Positions 31,601 through 42,300 of a stretch of 64,000 nucleotides of DNA are shown one piece after another. Location of the stretch: IMG/VR virus record IMGVR_UViG_3300024298_000009; one strand, given 5' to 3'. The notes beneath the pieces were generated by a model. The model had not been told where the DNA came from and searched no databases. It was given only the letters and a program-made list of their open reading frames with translations. A program made the translations under genes and the position numbers. The DNA is from an uncultured virus (IMG/VR IMGVR_UViG_3300024298_000009). Taxonomy: Duplodnaviria > Heunggongvirae > Uroviricota > Caudoviricetes. Every line of letters begins with the position of its first letter. The first letter of the stretch is position 1.

Positions 31601-34600
31601 AATTAATATCTGCCTGAGGAGCACTAATAACAATGTGTTGACCTGTTGCATCAACATCAACAGAGAATCCAAATTTATCACCAACGGTGATAGATTCGTT
31701 ATTGCCAGTATCATCAAATAATCCAATTGATCCAGCAGTTATTGTTTGTTTTAGTTTGTAAACACTATTACTATCTCTTTGGTAGATATAAACTTTACCT
31801 GTTGAATACGGAATAGTGCTGTCGCCCACGTTAGTCCATGGCAATCCATCGTCTGGGTATTCTCCAAAACTTCTATAGGTTGCTGAATCTACAGGATCTT
31901 CAGGACGAACATTTGTTAGTCTATGATAGTAACCTTGATATTTTACAACATCTCCTGCAATATATTCTTGGGTGGCTGACCAGATTCCTTTATAATTTGC
32001 AAAGTAAATACCATCACTATCAGCAACACCGACAACTAATATAGATCCATCTTTATTCATTGCCATTGCAGAACCAAACATATCACCTTGTTTTGTAAGT
32101 TCTGCTAGATCACTTTCACTTAATAATCCAGACGAAATTGTTGATCCGTCATCTTCAATAGAAACGTTTGTTGGTAAAGATGATTGACTAGATATGTCAT
32201 CAATTTTTATCCAGTCGGGTGAACTGATACTAATGGTACTACCGTCACCGTTGGTATCCTCAACCGCTTTCCAGTAGGAATTATTCCACCATACAATTGA
32301 TCCTTTTGGATATTGTCTAGCAGGATCTGAAACATATACTCCAATATAATTGTTATTTTCGTGTTGTTCCCAGGCCAAAGTTTCACTATTATACCTGTAA
32401 AGATAAATTCTACCCCTGCTATCTAACGAACCAGGAGCTGAAACAGCCATCCAATAATCTGAACCAGATTTTGAAATAGAAATATTAGATCCAAAATTTT
32501 CATCAAACGCAGGTCTTGGACTTACTAGTGTAGTTGTTAATGACCAGTTTTGATTATTCCAAACATAAATCGAAACAGCTCCTTGATTTCTAAATCCTTC
32601 GCCACGGCCAAAATTTGGATCATAAGTTAATAAAGATGTAGGCTCCCAATCATTACTTTGAATATCAATTGTACTGCCGTCTCCTACTACTGCTGTTGTA
32701 GCCTTCCACAATTTTCCAGCATATTCAACAACATCACCTATTTCATAATTTGCTGTAGGATCAAAAACACCAATATATGCTGAAGGCACGCCCGATGCTC
32801 TAGGACATCCAACTGCTAAGAAATGTCCGTCAGGACTTACTGCAAGTTCTTCTCCAAAAGAATTAGAAAGCAACAAATATAGTTCAGGCTCAGGGGCAAA
32901 TGTCTGTTTAATTTTTAAACCTGTAGGTCCCTCAACATAAACAAGAACCATTGAATTTGAAGGCATGCTTGTAATAGTTTGTTGTAATCTTTCAACATAA
33001 CAAACTGCATGTCCTGTTCCTTCGGGCACGGTAGTTCCATAATCAGTTAAGGATTTATAGCTAAAGACTTTATTTTTTTGTACAACTTCCCATAGTCCGT
33101 TATCATTAGAATCAAACCACAATTTTGAATTGTTAGGCAATAATGCAACATATTCTTGATCTATATCCGATCCAGAAGAAAATCTAACATTGTCTAATCC
33201 GTAAACACGAATTAATGTACTTGTATCAACTAATGGATCTTTAGCATCAGATGCGCAGGCAATGATAACAGAAGTAAGAGTTACTTCATTAATTTTATAA
33301 AAGCCGGTTAGGTTAGGAACATCGTTAATGCCAATGTAATCGTCAACAATAAAAGCGTGTCTACGATTAAATGTAATTTCAATTGTTGTACCTGTTTTAA
33401 TTGCTGAAATTAAAGTTAATAATGGCTTTCTAGTAAATCTTAAAACCGTCCATGCTGAATTATCGAATGTAATCCAAAAATGGTCGCCGTCTTTTACTTG
33501 TGTAATATCTAATGTTTCTAAATCTGATCTATTCTTAATAACAAAATCAACTTGGTCAAGTTTTACGTAACCCGCAGACTGAAATTGATCAAAATCTGTT
33601 TTAGGAATAATCGAAGTTGTAAAAGGCGACGGAGCATTTGTAAAGTCCGATGCAGGGATTCTTAGATATTGATCAAGTATTACTCCTGTATAAGCCGATG
33701 ACACAAATATCATTGGCTGAGGATTTACTTGTAAGGAGTCTTTATTAAATGCAAATTCAACTTCATTTAACTCGTCTACTCCGCCTAAGGTACCAACATT
33801 AAACGCCCATTCTTCGTTTAAAACAATACTATCTTCTGTTGTTTTGCTTAGTTTATCAAATATTTTAACAGCGGCATTTAATGTACCTTTTTCTCTAATA
33901 AAACCTTGATATAACTGAAATTGTGTTACGTCATCTTCTGCAAGATTTTGTAAGTATTCTCTAGTTTGATAACCGATGGCGTGTCGACCAAGATCTCGTT
34001 GGCTTGACCCAAGACCATCTGCATCAAGATTATAATAATCTTCAAATTGATTAATTCTATAATCAAAGTTTGGAACTAATCTCTTGTTCGGTGTTGAATC
34101 AAGTTTAGTCCAGAATGCATTTACAAATTGATCGGTAGATGTGTGATTAGATTTTGTTACCCAGTTATAACTTTTGTAATTAACTATATCACCCAATCTG
34201 TAATCAGTATAAGGTTGCCATGCTATAATATTAACATTATCAAATAAGAATCCGGGACTTGTATAATCACCGTCCCAGTCAACGGTTCTAAAACCTCTTG
34301 CCTTAACTCTTTCTTGACGATAGCCTGTTGTTTTATCATAGATAACATCATTGAAAACGGTTCGGTCATCGAAAATAGCAACGTGTTCTTTTAACACTAA
34401 GTGAGCTTTAAAGAAATAAATTCCTTCTGCTGTGTTTGTAGTTTCAATAGTTATATTTTGAAAATCTCTTTTTATGTTTAAGAAATTAGGAGTCAATGGC
34501 TGACCGTCACCTCTAAACACTTGATATTCATAAAAGCTATCTAATAGATTATCAGGAACACCAATTGGATAAGATACATCCATTTTTTCAGCAGCAGGAC

Positions 34601-37600
34601 TTAAAGTTAATAAAGATCCAGGAGCCCAATTATGCTGTGTCCAGTACATAAATTCTTTAGCACTAGTGAACCAATCTTGAGTTACCTTGCTGTCTGTATC
34701 GTATCTATCAAATTTAAATCCTTTAGAAATTAGATATTGTTCATAACCTAATAAGAAATCAACTACTCCTTGGATTGTGCCGATGGTAGTTCCATAACTT
34801 ATTTTTTGTTCTCTTATGGTGTTAAATGTTCTTCTCTTAAATGCTTGAACGTCGTCTTTCTTAGGAAGGTCTGGAAGTTTTTTCCACAGGGTTAAATCAA
34901 ATGTGGATCCGCTTTGATGGCTTTTAACACTTCTATAATATTCATTATTATATCTTGCTACTACACCATTTCCATAAAATTTATCTTCTGTCCAATTAAC
35001 AAAATTTTCAGAAACTCCGCCAACTGAAATAAGAGGATCTATTTGACTAATCACCGGAGCAAAATATGTAAAATGCGGATCTAAAAAGTCATAGCCGCTA
35101 ATTTTCCAACCGTTGGTCATTTTTTCAACAATGACCGCGCTATAAATTATACTTGCAATTGGAGCACTAACATTATAATAAATTTCCTGATTTTCTACCG
35201 GAACAAAAATATTTGCCGAAGTAGAATTAGGATTTTTTGAATCTAAAATAAATCGTTGTTGTGTTTGATCAACAAATCCAGATAATCTATGTGTTAGGTA
35301 AACATCGATTTCATCTAATTTTTCCTGCAACACATTTTCATTAATATTATGGCTCTTTAAATAATCTACAATATAAGAAACTAATCCGCTGGTTAAATAT
35401 CCGCCAGAACTTGATCCAACTAAATCTTCAACTTTAACAAAGATACCTGTATCGGTATGTACTAATTGATTTAATTTGTTTCTTACAATTTTTGAATTGT
35501 CAAAATTTTTGCCTACAAATTCAAAAGGTCTTAACAATGCCATTCCAATAATTGTTGCAAATGGATATTCACTACTGCTATACCATGCATGTTCTGCAGG
35601 GGAAATATCGCCAAAGTTAAAATCCCCTTGATTATTAATCAAAGAAAAATTTTGTGCTAGATTTGAATCTAGAGGGCTTAATAGTTTACCATCTCCATCT
35701 ACAGGAATGTGTGTTAACAAAGTAGATCTTACATATCGTTTATGAACACCTGCTCTTGGACCTTGTCTAATTAGGCCGGCAGCCAGGTCTTCCCATAAAA
35801 GTAAATTGTTTCTAGTGTATGGTGCAGGTCCGTATTCACTTTCCCACCATGTCGGTTTAATAGAAAATCCTAACATTTCCCATGGGCAGCGATGTGGACG
35901 ATCTGTATCGTAAAAATACTTGTAGACTCCTCTCCACCAACCTGGTAAATTTTCTAATCCGGCTGGGTCAGACATATTAGAATATGTATAAGTGAAAGAA
36001 TTTTCGCTGTCAAAATAGCTATTACTTACATAATCGATATTTGTATCTGCAATCCATTTTAAAAATTCTTGTGTGTTTATTTGTATAATTTGATTGTATT
36101 CAAATATTCCAGTCTTATAATATCCGCCAGCGGTTGCATCAATATCAAATATATTTTCATCATATTCTTTTTTGATGTTATTAAAAATTCTTAATTCTAA
36201 TTCAAGAAGCGCATCGTCTCGATAGTCATTAAATGCTGTTGTAAGGCTACCGTCGTGTCCTTGAATCATATATTTTGGTTCAACAAAGGTGTCATCTAAG
36301 AATTTTTCAGGTACAAACTTTTTAAACAATCCAATCTTTGTCGGTGTTTGAGGGATATGATTAAATCCTGAAGAAACATATTCTCTAATTTCAAGTATGT
36401 CTCCAACATTAAGTGTTTTTAAAATATTAACAAAAGAAAAGTCACTATTAAATTCGTAATCAAATCCATTAATTAATTGTTGATTATTAATGTATAGGTA
36501 GACAGCTCGATTACTTAAAGTTTTTAAATCAAATTTATCTGAAATAACAAATGTGTTAATATCTGGATCTTCAACTTCGTAAATTAAATTTGTATATGCT
36601 CCGCTACCGATCATATCAGAATTTACAAACGGGCTTGAAGGATTTTTACCTCTTGTTAATTCATTAATAATATTGTCAACTAGCTTTGGAATATCTCCAT
36701 CAAAATCTAATTCTCCAGAAATTTTAATAAAATTATGTTTAAAATCAGTATAAGACTTTTTAGCATATCGGAGAGCTTTAATTAAATTAACCTGCTTATC
36801 AACTAGCAATGTTAATGCAACAGGTGCCACACTTTCATGTTTTAAAAATCTCTTAGTATATGCCTGGAATCCATGAATGTCTCTTAAAGAATTATTTCCT
36901 ACAACAAGTCCAGAGAATCCATTGTAAAATTCTAATCCAGACGAAATATGATCAACTGCTTGTCCAAACGTAAAATCTGTTAGTTCGTTGTTTAACGGAT
37001 TTTTTTCCAAACCTACAGGAATTTCATAATATCCTTCTTCTGGAATTAAATTACAAAATATTTTTATTACAAGAACATCTTTTACAGCAAACGGTGTAGC
37101 AAAAATAAAATTTCCACCTTGTCTTGTATATGATTCTGTATAACGCTCTCCGTTCTTATAAAAATAAATTTCGTCTTGATCAGTTACTTTAAACCAATCA
37201 ACGGTATTAAAATAAACCGTGTCAGTTGCTGTGGTAATTACCTGCGAATCAATGATTGGTTGTAGATATTTTTGTTCAGTTTCAATCCAATGATTAACAT
37301 ATTCGTCTGTTAGGTTAAATTTACAGAAACCAGTATTAATATTTTTTGAATATGATTTTCTTAAAACTTCATAGGTAAAGGATTCTATATCCCATACAAA
37401 TTCAAAACTTATATCTCCAACGTTGCTGATATTAAGATAGCTAATTGGAAATCCAAGTTCTAGGTCAACAACTCCTGTGCTTTCTTTGTATGCTAAAATT
37501 TTAGTACCGCGGAATGTTGAAACTGGATACGTATCTTTATCAGAAAAACTTACACCATTTTCATCAAATGCATCAAATAAAGGTGCTTGATTAACTTTAG

Positions 37601-39371
37601 TTTTTTCTTGGCTACTTAACCAAGCGGTTCCATCATAGTAGAACATTGTTCCTTTATTTTTCTTTCCACGGCGAACTAATAAGGTTTCTCCAATGATGGA
37701 TTCAGTATCATCAACTTTTATTAAGGTGATTTGATTTTGACCGTTTTGAGTGAAGAATTTAACTTGATAAATTTTATTATTAGCTAAACTATCAGTGTCG
37801 GCCGTTACAAGAATTCTTGCTCCGTTAAACAACGGCTCACCGTCAATACTATAACCAGTACTTCCTTCAATTTTAGAAAATACGTCTGACGTAAATGTGT
37901 CAATGTAATCTACGGTTTCCTTAGCAAATACTCCGTGTTCGTATAATTTTAAATTTGGTAAAAATTCTATAATAGGACGTTTTGCTCTAGCTGCTTCGTC
38001 GTGGTAAAAATCTTCTCCTGATAATTTAAAAGAAAGTTCCAATACACTTCTATGAAACCAACGATTATATCGTGACCAAGGATTTAAATCTTTACTACTT
38101 TTAGCTATTGTGATATAATCTTTTGTTCCCGGATACGAGCTTGCATCATCAAAAGGTGCTGTGTCAAAACCTTCATTATCAAATAATACTTCTGGAACAT
38201 CTGATGTTAATACAGGAACAACTAAATCATCAAAGTTGGTCAATGAGATTGCTTTACCAACACCTTCAACTAACCAATTTCCTTTTGAATATTTCTCTGG
38301 GGTAACAACACCGCCAAAATTAACAATCATACCATTGCTTAGTTCAATTCCGTTGCTACTTGTATATGTTGTCTTTCCAATAATATCATCGTTAATATTA
38401 ATTTTTGAATTTTCTTCAATGTCGGAAATAATAAACTGACCAAATTTATTTGGATCAGTAATACTTTGATAATAAAGAATATCCGGCGCATCGTAAGGCA
38501 CATCAAATGTTAGTGTTCCATTCTCAATGCCAAAATTTGTAATTCCTTTAGTGTAGTCAAGTGCTGCTGAATTTGCATTTACAATTTCAACAAATTCCCA
38601 GTCTTGAGATTCTGTTGTTATTGTGCTACCGTCGGCCGGAGATACTGGAACTTTTGCTTTCCATACAGAACCATTGAATACAACAATAGATCCTTGAGGA
38701 TAGAATAAATCAGGATTAAATGTCAATGAACCAGTATCATATGATGTTCTAATAACAAATCCGTTACCCGGAACATTTACAATAAATTTGTATTTTTGTC
38801 CTCTATATAATGTTATTCTAGGATTGTTTGTATAGCCGTCTGGAGAAAAAATAAAAGAAGACGCTTCTCCGAGCTTAACTCTATATGTGCTTATTACAGA
38901 AGAACTTTGGCCTAAAATTCTAATTGGTGGAGGACCGCTTGGCATCCAAAAATATTCTCTATAATTAATAAACTTATCCCAGTCAACAGGAGGGTTCCAA
39001 CTATAGTGCTGGTGTTGATCAATTAGATCATCTCTATCTTCATTATTTCCAAAATATTTTAAAATATTTTTAAAGTCAATGAAGTCATAAAAATTTTGTG
39101 TCTTACCATCTTTTTTAAGAACAACGCCAGGCTCCAACTGATATCTACTTCTAAGAGTAGCGTCGGTATCTAAATAAATGTCTGAGCCGTTGTATGTTTT
39201 ACCGTATCTACGCCCAACATATCCTACGTTCTTCTCTAGTGTACCAGGTTGCAGTAACGGATCTAAAACGCCGGATAAAAATTTATCATTAGCATCTGTT
39301 TGAAATACCTTTGGTAATAAATCAGATGACTTTCTAATAGGTAATTGACTTTTTGGAAAAAACTTTGCCAT
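25686..39371 (-). CDS. giant 4561-aa baseplate-associated structural protein with propeller-like and carbohydrate-binding-like modules
   Basis: Uninterrupted 13.7-kb ORF directly after gp6; FG-GAP-like blades, about six Y..G.vV.y.g..w modules, G.GY...P.I.I.G.G.GA.A repeats. Confidence 0.75.
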   Translation of the reverse strand: MAKFFPKSQLPIRKSSDLLPKVFQTDANDKFLSGVLDPLLQPGTLEKNVGYVGRRYGKTYNGSDIYLDTDATLRSRYQLEPGVVLKKDGKTQNFYDFIDFKNILKYFGNNEDRDDLIDQHQHYSWNPPVDWDKFINYREYFWMPSGPPPIRILGQSSSVISTYRVKLGEASSFIFSPDGYTNNPRITLYRGQKYKFIVNVPGNGFVIRTSYDTGSLTFNPDLFYPQGSIVVFNGSVWKAKVPVSPADGSTITTESQDWEFVEIVNANSAALDYTKGITNFGIENGTLTFDVPYDAPDILYYQSITDPNKFGQFIISDIEENSKININDDIIGKTTYTSSNGIELSNGMIVNFGGVVTPEKYSKGNWLVEGVGKAISLTNFDDLVVPVLTSDVPEVLFDNEGFDTAPFDDASSYPGTKDYITIAKSSKDLNPWSRYNRWFHRSVLELSFKLSGEDFYHDEAARAKRPIIEFLPNLKLYEHGVFAKETVDYIDTFTSDVFSKIEGSTGYSIDGEPLFNGARILVTADTDSLANNKIYQVKFFTQNGQNQITLIKVDDTESIIGETLLVRRGKKNKGTMFYYDGTAWLSSQEKTKVNQAPLFDAFDENGVSFSDKDTYPVSTFRGTKILAYKESTGVVDLELGFPISYLNISNVGDISFEFVWDIESFTYEVLRKSYSKNINTGFCKFNLTDEYVNHWIETEQKYLQPIIDSQVITTATDTVYFNTVDWFKVTDQDEIYFYKNGERYTESYTRQGGNFIFATPFAVKDVLVIKIFCNLIPEEGYYEIPVGLEKNPLNNELTDFTFGQAVDHISSGLEFYNGFSGLVVGNNSLRDIHGFQAYTKRFLKHESVAPVALTLLVDKQVNLIKALRYAKKSYTDFKHNFIKISGELDFDGDIPKLVDNIINELTRGKNPSSPFVNSDMIGSGAYTNLIYEVEDPDINTFVISDKFDLKTLSNRAVYLYINNQQLINGFDYEFNSDFSFVNILKTLNVGDILEIREYVSSGFNHIPQTPTKIGLFKKFVPEKFLDDTFVEPKYMIQGHDGSLTTAFNDYRDDALLELELRIFNNIKKEYDENIFDIDATAGGYYKTGIFEYNQIIQINTQEFLKWIADTNIDYVSNSYFDSENSFTYTYSNMSDPAGLENLPGWWRGVYKYFYDTDRPHRCPWEMLGFSIKPTWWESEYGPAPYTRNNLLLWEDLAAGLIRQGPRAGVHKRYVRSTLLTHIPVDGDGKLLSPLDSNLAQNFSLINNQGDFNFGDISPAEHAWYSSSEYPFATIIGMALLRPFEFVGKNFDNSKIVRNKLNQLVHTDTGIFVKVEDLVGSSSGGYLTSGLVSYIVDYLKSHNINENVLQEKLDEIDVYLTHRLSGFVDQTQQRFILDSKNPNSTSANIFVPVENQEIYYNVSAPIASIIYSAVIVEKMTNGWKISGYDFLDPHFTYFAPVISQIDPLISVGGVSENFVNWTEDKFYGNGVVARYNNEYYRSVKSHQSGSTFDLTLWKKLPDLPKKDDVQAFKRRTFNTIREQKISYGTTIGTIQGVVDFLLGYEQYLISKGFKFDRYDTDSKVTQDWFTSAKEFMYWTQHNWAPGSLLTLSPAAEKMDVSYPIGVPDNLLDSFYEYQVFRGDGQPLTPNFLNIKRDFQNITIETTNTAEGIYFFKAHLVLKEHVAIFDDRTVFNDVIYDKTTGYRQERVKARGFRTVDWDGDYTSPGFLFDNVNIIAWQPYTDYRLGDIVNYKSYNWVTKSNHTSTDQFVNAFWTKLDSTPNKRLVPNFDYRINQFEDYYNLDADGLGSSQRDLGRHAIGYQTREYLQNLAEDDVTQFQLYQGFIREKGTLNAAVKIFDKLSKTTEDSIVLNEEWAFNVGTLGGVDELNEVEFAFNKDSLQVNPQPMIFVSSAYTGVILDQYLRIPASDFTNAPSPFTTSIIPKTDFDQFQSAGYVKLDQVDFVIKNRSDLETLDITQVKDGDHFWITFDNSAWTVLRFTRKPLLTLISAIKTGTTIEITFNRRHAFIVDDYIGINDVPNLTGFYKINEVTLTSVIIACASDAKDPLVDTSTLIRVYGLDNVRFSSGSDIDQEYVALLPNNSKLWFDSNDNGLWEVVQKNKVFSYKSLTDYGTTVPEGTGHAVCYVERLQQTITSMPSNSMVLVYVEGPTGLKIKQTFAPEPELYLLLSNSFGEELAVSPDGHFLAVGCPRASGVPSAYIGVFDPTANYEIGDVVEYAGKLWKATTAVVGDGSTIDIQSNDWEPTSLLTYDPNFGRGEGFRNQGAVSIYVWNNQNWSLTTTLVSPRPAFDENFGSNISISKSGSDYWMAVSAPGSLDSRGRIYLYRYNSETLAWEQHENNNYIGVYVSDPARQYPKGSIVWWNNSYWKAVEDTNGDGSTISISSPDWIKIDDISSQSSLPTNVSIEDDGSTISSGLLSESDLAELTKQGDMFGSAMAMNKDGSILVVGVADSDGIYFANYKGIWSATQEYIAGDVVKYQGYYHRLTNVRPEDPVDSATYRSFGEYPDDGLPWTNVGDSTIPYSTGKVYIYQRDSNSVYKLKQTITAGSIGLFDDTGNNESITVGDKFGFSVDVDATGQHIVISAPQADINLQNQGAVYYFSATSLTNPEWRLKQKLESFEEYNNLLFGSDVSISSGTERIVVGAKNAPYKSYAYFETGTTFDKNSTIFSTFNGYSGQVYSFERVSGKYFLTEKLEADVTNNESFGYAIDATSDVIVVGSPNYNNGDGLVRTFRKDTSVKSLKTLAVQEQLIDISKIKNISLIDADKNVKISDIDFIDPIKLKILGLAEQELNFKTPYDPAIYTNGTEETVVDPDAAWFTKNVGKLWWNLNTAKWLYYEQGDIAYRNGNWGQLAKGSTIDVYEWVETTLLPSEWSALADTTAGLTEGISGQPLYPNDDVYSVKQFYNEITQQVTEIKYYYWVKGSTVVPQKVNRKLSAGEVAALIETPISSGYPILALLDSDKILAYNFNKFVTSGRALLNIEFYTNESSVNPVHREYVLLAEGVADNLPPETLETKWIDSLVGFDQAGNTVPDPKLSTKEKYGLSFRPRQSMFVNRSEILKIVITNINSLLLTNPYSEILNFDNLNSTDLEPDEKLNEYDVAVDTITDLEQIGAIRVRQAVLQANIVNGEVDTIDIVDSGFGYKNAPYIEIQGDGTGARAYITIDNQGRVSSVKIQTTGRKYTTATVKIREYSVLVRTDETINNFWSIYSWDQQRRIFYKSKSQGYDVRNYWSYIDWWKPGYSTSTRILYEVPSLYLEPTIYTEPGDLIRVKEYANGGWAVLERTADGSGEILGKYLLVARQNGTIEFKDSLYNTKTTAIGFDNVGYYDTALYDLEPSRELRIILNSIKTDLFVGDLKVEWNKLFFTCVRYAFSENQPIFWAFKTSFINALHNVGSLEHKVSYKNDNLPAYQKYLEEIKPYKTSIREYTSRYVNQESTNTDILDFDLPPVYSTRDNKIVPVNNGYNLFDQYPWKWWYDNKGFSVVSIEVSYAGADYTSVPTVLIEGNGTGAKAKAYISNGKVSGITMVDIGEGYTETPTITLVGGNGSSLLKAKAIAILGQTKARTFNLGIKFDRISKEGIYNAFTHSQTFTASGRTAVFDLAFAPTRDKSKITIVKNKQLILNNEYSLSLFKTSTDDYKILKGRLIFVDPPAKDDVITITYEKNDELLDAVNRINKYYSPTSGMIGNEVGQLMTGIDFGGVQVQGTTFDVTGGWDALPWFTDSWDSVDSNDDYYVIVDGSTSGIELPEAPVENQIITIYLQRAGTSKPIRIDDPHFDHAGDSALVTNSNALMPTFVGDGSTKIVSIENYFQTYAGDVLIFRPAESDGSVNITDTNLLDSKISGGTLASMSGAYSTATGMTAEEIVISGGAFNTPDHTPAPEENVPGQILDSVSIKVFQTTISGAATIQNKVVISDGITSRYAIDLTIIEEASILVYVDKISYVSFGDSTTSYSIDFTTNEIVFNTPPALGSTIEIIAIGRGGIALLDFQEFVADGNTRLFLTKADYSLTQNILVTVDGHQVDTGFTNSTIVAEDTGTTIEPGKTMVEFGLTPDANSIIKIICLGSTSNVDSSGLSVIRVNKQILTYEGSTRSFMLDKFVDPSRSSAIASMVVLLNNKKLKGPDTYYRIYDGSNNEVEVGVDPTSVVTSVDVRVYINNILQPFVTAYIYDGTTGTVVVNTEYLELQDVIRIEIINNAEYSVTDNILQISDLVTLVDEDQIEVTWFSEYPTFDIVSDVHSGGKVQYQLNRAPLDSHYVWVYKNGERLVQGKEFVVSTPRNVVYLNIPSLLTDKIEIMEFGNNVYKTPRAFEMYKDMFNVTHYKRYAINDVQLSKELNYYDTTIEVNDASALDEPNMSKNIPGVVTINKERIEFLTKSGNVLGQLRRGTLGSSIGQTYPAGTPVISAGVDDIIPYIDSQEKEEFVSDGSTLLIGPLSFVPTKSTRSSFTRKTIPEDFGACDQVEIFVAGKRLRKDQLSVYNESLGSVSPSADEILEAEFSVDGATPYIRLTKPATEGTRILIIRKVGRLWYERAETTASRGITLLDNNTAIARFIDQKPTELP

Positions 39372-39373
39372 TC

Positions 39374-42300
39374 TTAAGTACTCGTTGAAGTAATAATTGT
39401 TCCAGAAATTGCACCAATTTCTGCTGCATTAATAGATGTTACTATTTCTATATCATCTACGGTAGCACCGCTTACAAAAATTTCATCTGCTCTACTTTGA
39501 ATTTCAAACAGACTACCAAACACCTGAGATTGTTGTCTTGGTACAATAACCATGTTAGTAATGTCAGGCGCTGTTGAATTAATCACATAGGTTATTAATT
39601 CTGAAAGATAAAATTTATCTCCAAAGTCCCAATTTGCCGAATCAAAAAATTCATTGATCGCTGCAATAATTCTAACCTTTAAATCGTTATCGTTGATTGT
39701 CTTTGATGAGTTTTTAACAATTTTAAATATTGCTTGTAATTTTTCATCTGCGGTTTTTCCGAATAACACTTTATATGAAACTGGATGATATACAATATCA
39801 TCGCTTATAGATTTAATTGCACTCAAGTTTCCGCCAAATGCAATTCTTAAACTTTCTGTTGTTGGCGGTTCGGGCATTTTTGTTAACACACCTTGCAAGT
39901 AATTTCTAAAATCTGTGTCATAAGAACGTGTTAATAGATACACATCAATAATATTACTTACGCTTGGATCGATACGGCGGTCAACATTTGCATGGTGCAG
40001 ATATTGGAATTTAATTCCAGCCCTACCAATGTTTGCTCTAAAATTACTTTGAAGAACAAATGTATTTGTTGTTCTATCAACCATTTTTACAACATCTTCA
40101 GCAATGTCATAAAAATATACAAGTTGGCCATCGGTATAATCTGTAACCTTGACGTCAATTTCTTTAGCCGCTAATACAATGTCATTGTTTGTATTATCGA
40201 AATATTGAAATATTTTTGCTCCGGTGTCGTCGACCGTTTCTTGGAAAAACAAAAATTTATTTGCTGAATCTTCTCCAACAATTCTAATAAACTCGTCTGG
40301 GTCATCAATAACTCCGTCGTCGTCAGAATCAGCAAACGCAATTTTAATTGCATCGGTGCTTTGATATCCATCTTCAAAACGAATACTATCACTAATTTCA
40401 AAAACAAGATCTTGTTTTAGATAATCTAAAAGACCGTTGTCGGTATTAATTCCTAATACCTTGATTTGATCTTTAACAACCTTGTTTGTTTTGCTATCGT
40501 AGATTTTTTGATTTGAATCAAAATAGAAACGATTTTTTCTAATACTAGCAAAAATATATTCCATGCTTCTAACGTGGACAACATACTTGTCTGGTTCTTT
40601 AACAAACGCTATGATCCATGAAGAATCAATTCCAGAGTTTGATGTGTCGCCTGCTTTACCAAGACTAAAACTATTGATTAAATCTAGATTTGCGGCTGTA
40701 ATAATTTTCCAGGCGGCAGATTCAATATCGTATCGCAAACCAAAGTTTAAATTTGAAAATGCAAGGTTTGCCATTTCAGTTTCAAATGCATTAGGTAAAT
40801 TTGAAACCCACTTTGGTACTATTTGAAAAGCTACCGAACCCGAAGGAATATTATCACTAAATGTAATTGGGCCTAGGCCTGTACTTAATACTCCACGGCC
40901 CGCATTTGTACCGTCACCAACAACTCTAACAACCTTAGACCAAATATATGATTTTTGTAAAGGATCTGTTAAATCTTGAGTAACAAGTTTTCCGTTTTTA
41001 AATGCTTTGCCGGCGGGCGGAACAAATTTAACTATTGAATCAGGTAAAAGATATTTCAAAGTATTATTTGTATAAACACCTGTTTTTAATAATGACGAGT
41101 CAACTCCACTAATAAAATATCCTGTTGAACTATTAGTTGATGTGGTTACTGAATTCCAAACCGATGTTGGATCCGTAAACAAAATTTTTGTATATTTTGT
41201 TATATAAAAATTAAAAACATCAGTGCTGTCAATTAATGGCTCAATAGTATTTCTAATAAAGTTATAAATTTCAATCTTATTTGTAAATTTAAACCCTAAT
41301 GTTGTCTCAACTTCGTTTTTATAAATTAAACCGTCGTCAGCGAATACATCAATACTTGAATATTTTCCGCTGGCATCAATAATATCAAAATTTCTGCTAA
41401 TACCGCTCGATGTTCTATTAATTGCTTTAACTTTAAGAATATCTTGACTGCTGGTTAAAGGCGCAAGATTATAATCTTCGCCTGTGATCATTCTGTTTTG
41501 TGTATAATAAGATGCTGGTGCATTTGCACGAATACTATCAATACTTTCACTTGGAGTTGAGGACGATACGGTATATTTTAAACTCATACTAATTGTTAAT
41601 GTATGAGCTGATCCTAATTTATTAACATAAGGTATAGATATGCTGATTCCTCGCATGTCGCTAGGAGTTATAGAGTAACTCAAACCATTTGAAACACGAT
41701 AATAAATTCTAAAATTACCTTGAGGTAAGTTTCCGTATACTCCGTCTGAGAATAATAAATCAACTTTGTCTTTGTCTTTAGTTACAACAGAATAAATGTT
41801 CTTGACCTGATTGACCAAACTATTATAAGCAATATTGTTTCCAATTAAATTTGGAACTTGCAACCATTCTGTTGTTTGTGCTCCAACAGAGTTTAAAGAA
41901 TATAACCAAATATCGTTGTTATTAATTCCTTCGGCGTCAATAGAAACTTTTTCATTTGTCGTAGGAACTGCGATTGAGAAATCTGCTAATTCTAAACTAC
42001 CTTGTTTAAACATTAAGAAGAAACCATTGTTTAAACTTGCTGGTCCTTTATTGTCATTTTTATATATAAATCCTAGTTGATTAGCAGGCGTAGGTGCTTC
42101 TTCATAAATTTCTTCTTTGCCTTTAAAGGTTGTGCTAACAAGCTCGAAAGACATTCTTCTTCCTGCAACATTTTTACTAAATGTGTATAATGGAATATCT
42201 CTGTTAGATGTTCTTAATCTATATTGTTCTGTTCTAATACCGTCAATAGTACCAGATCCTTGGCTTCGGCCAAACTCTGTATTGTCTGCCATAGCTGCAT

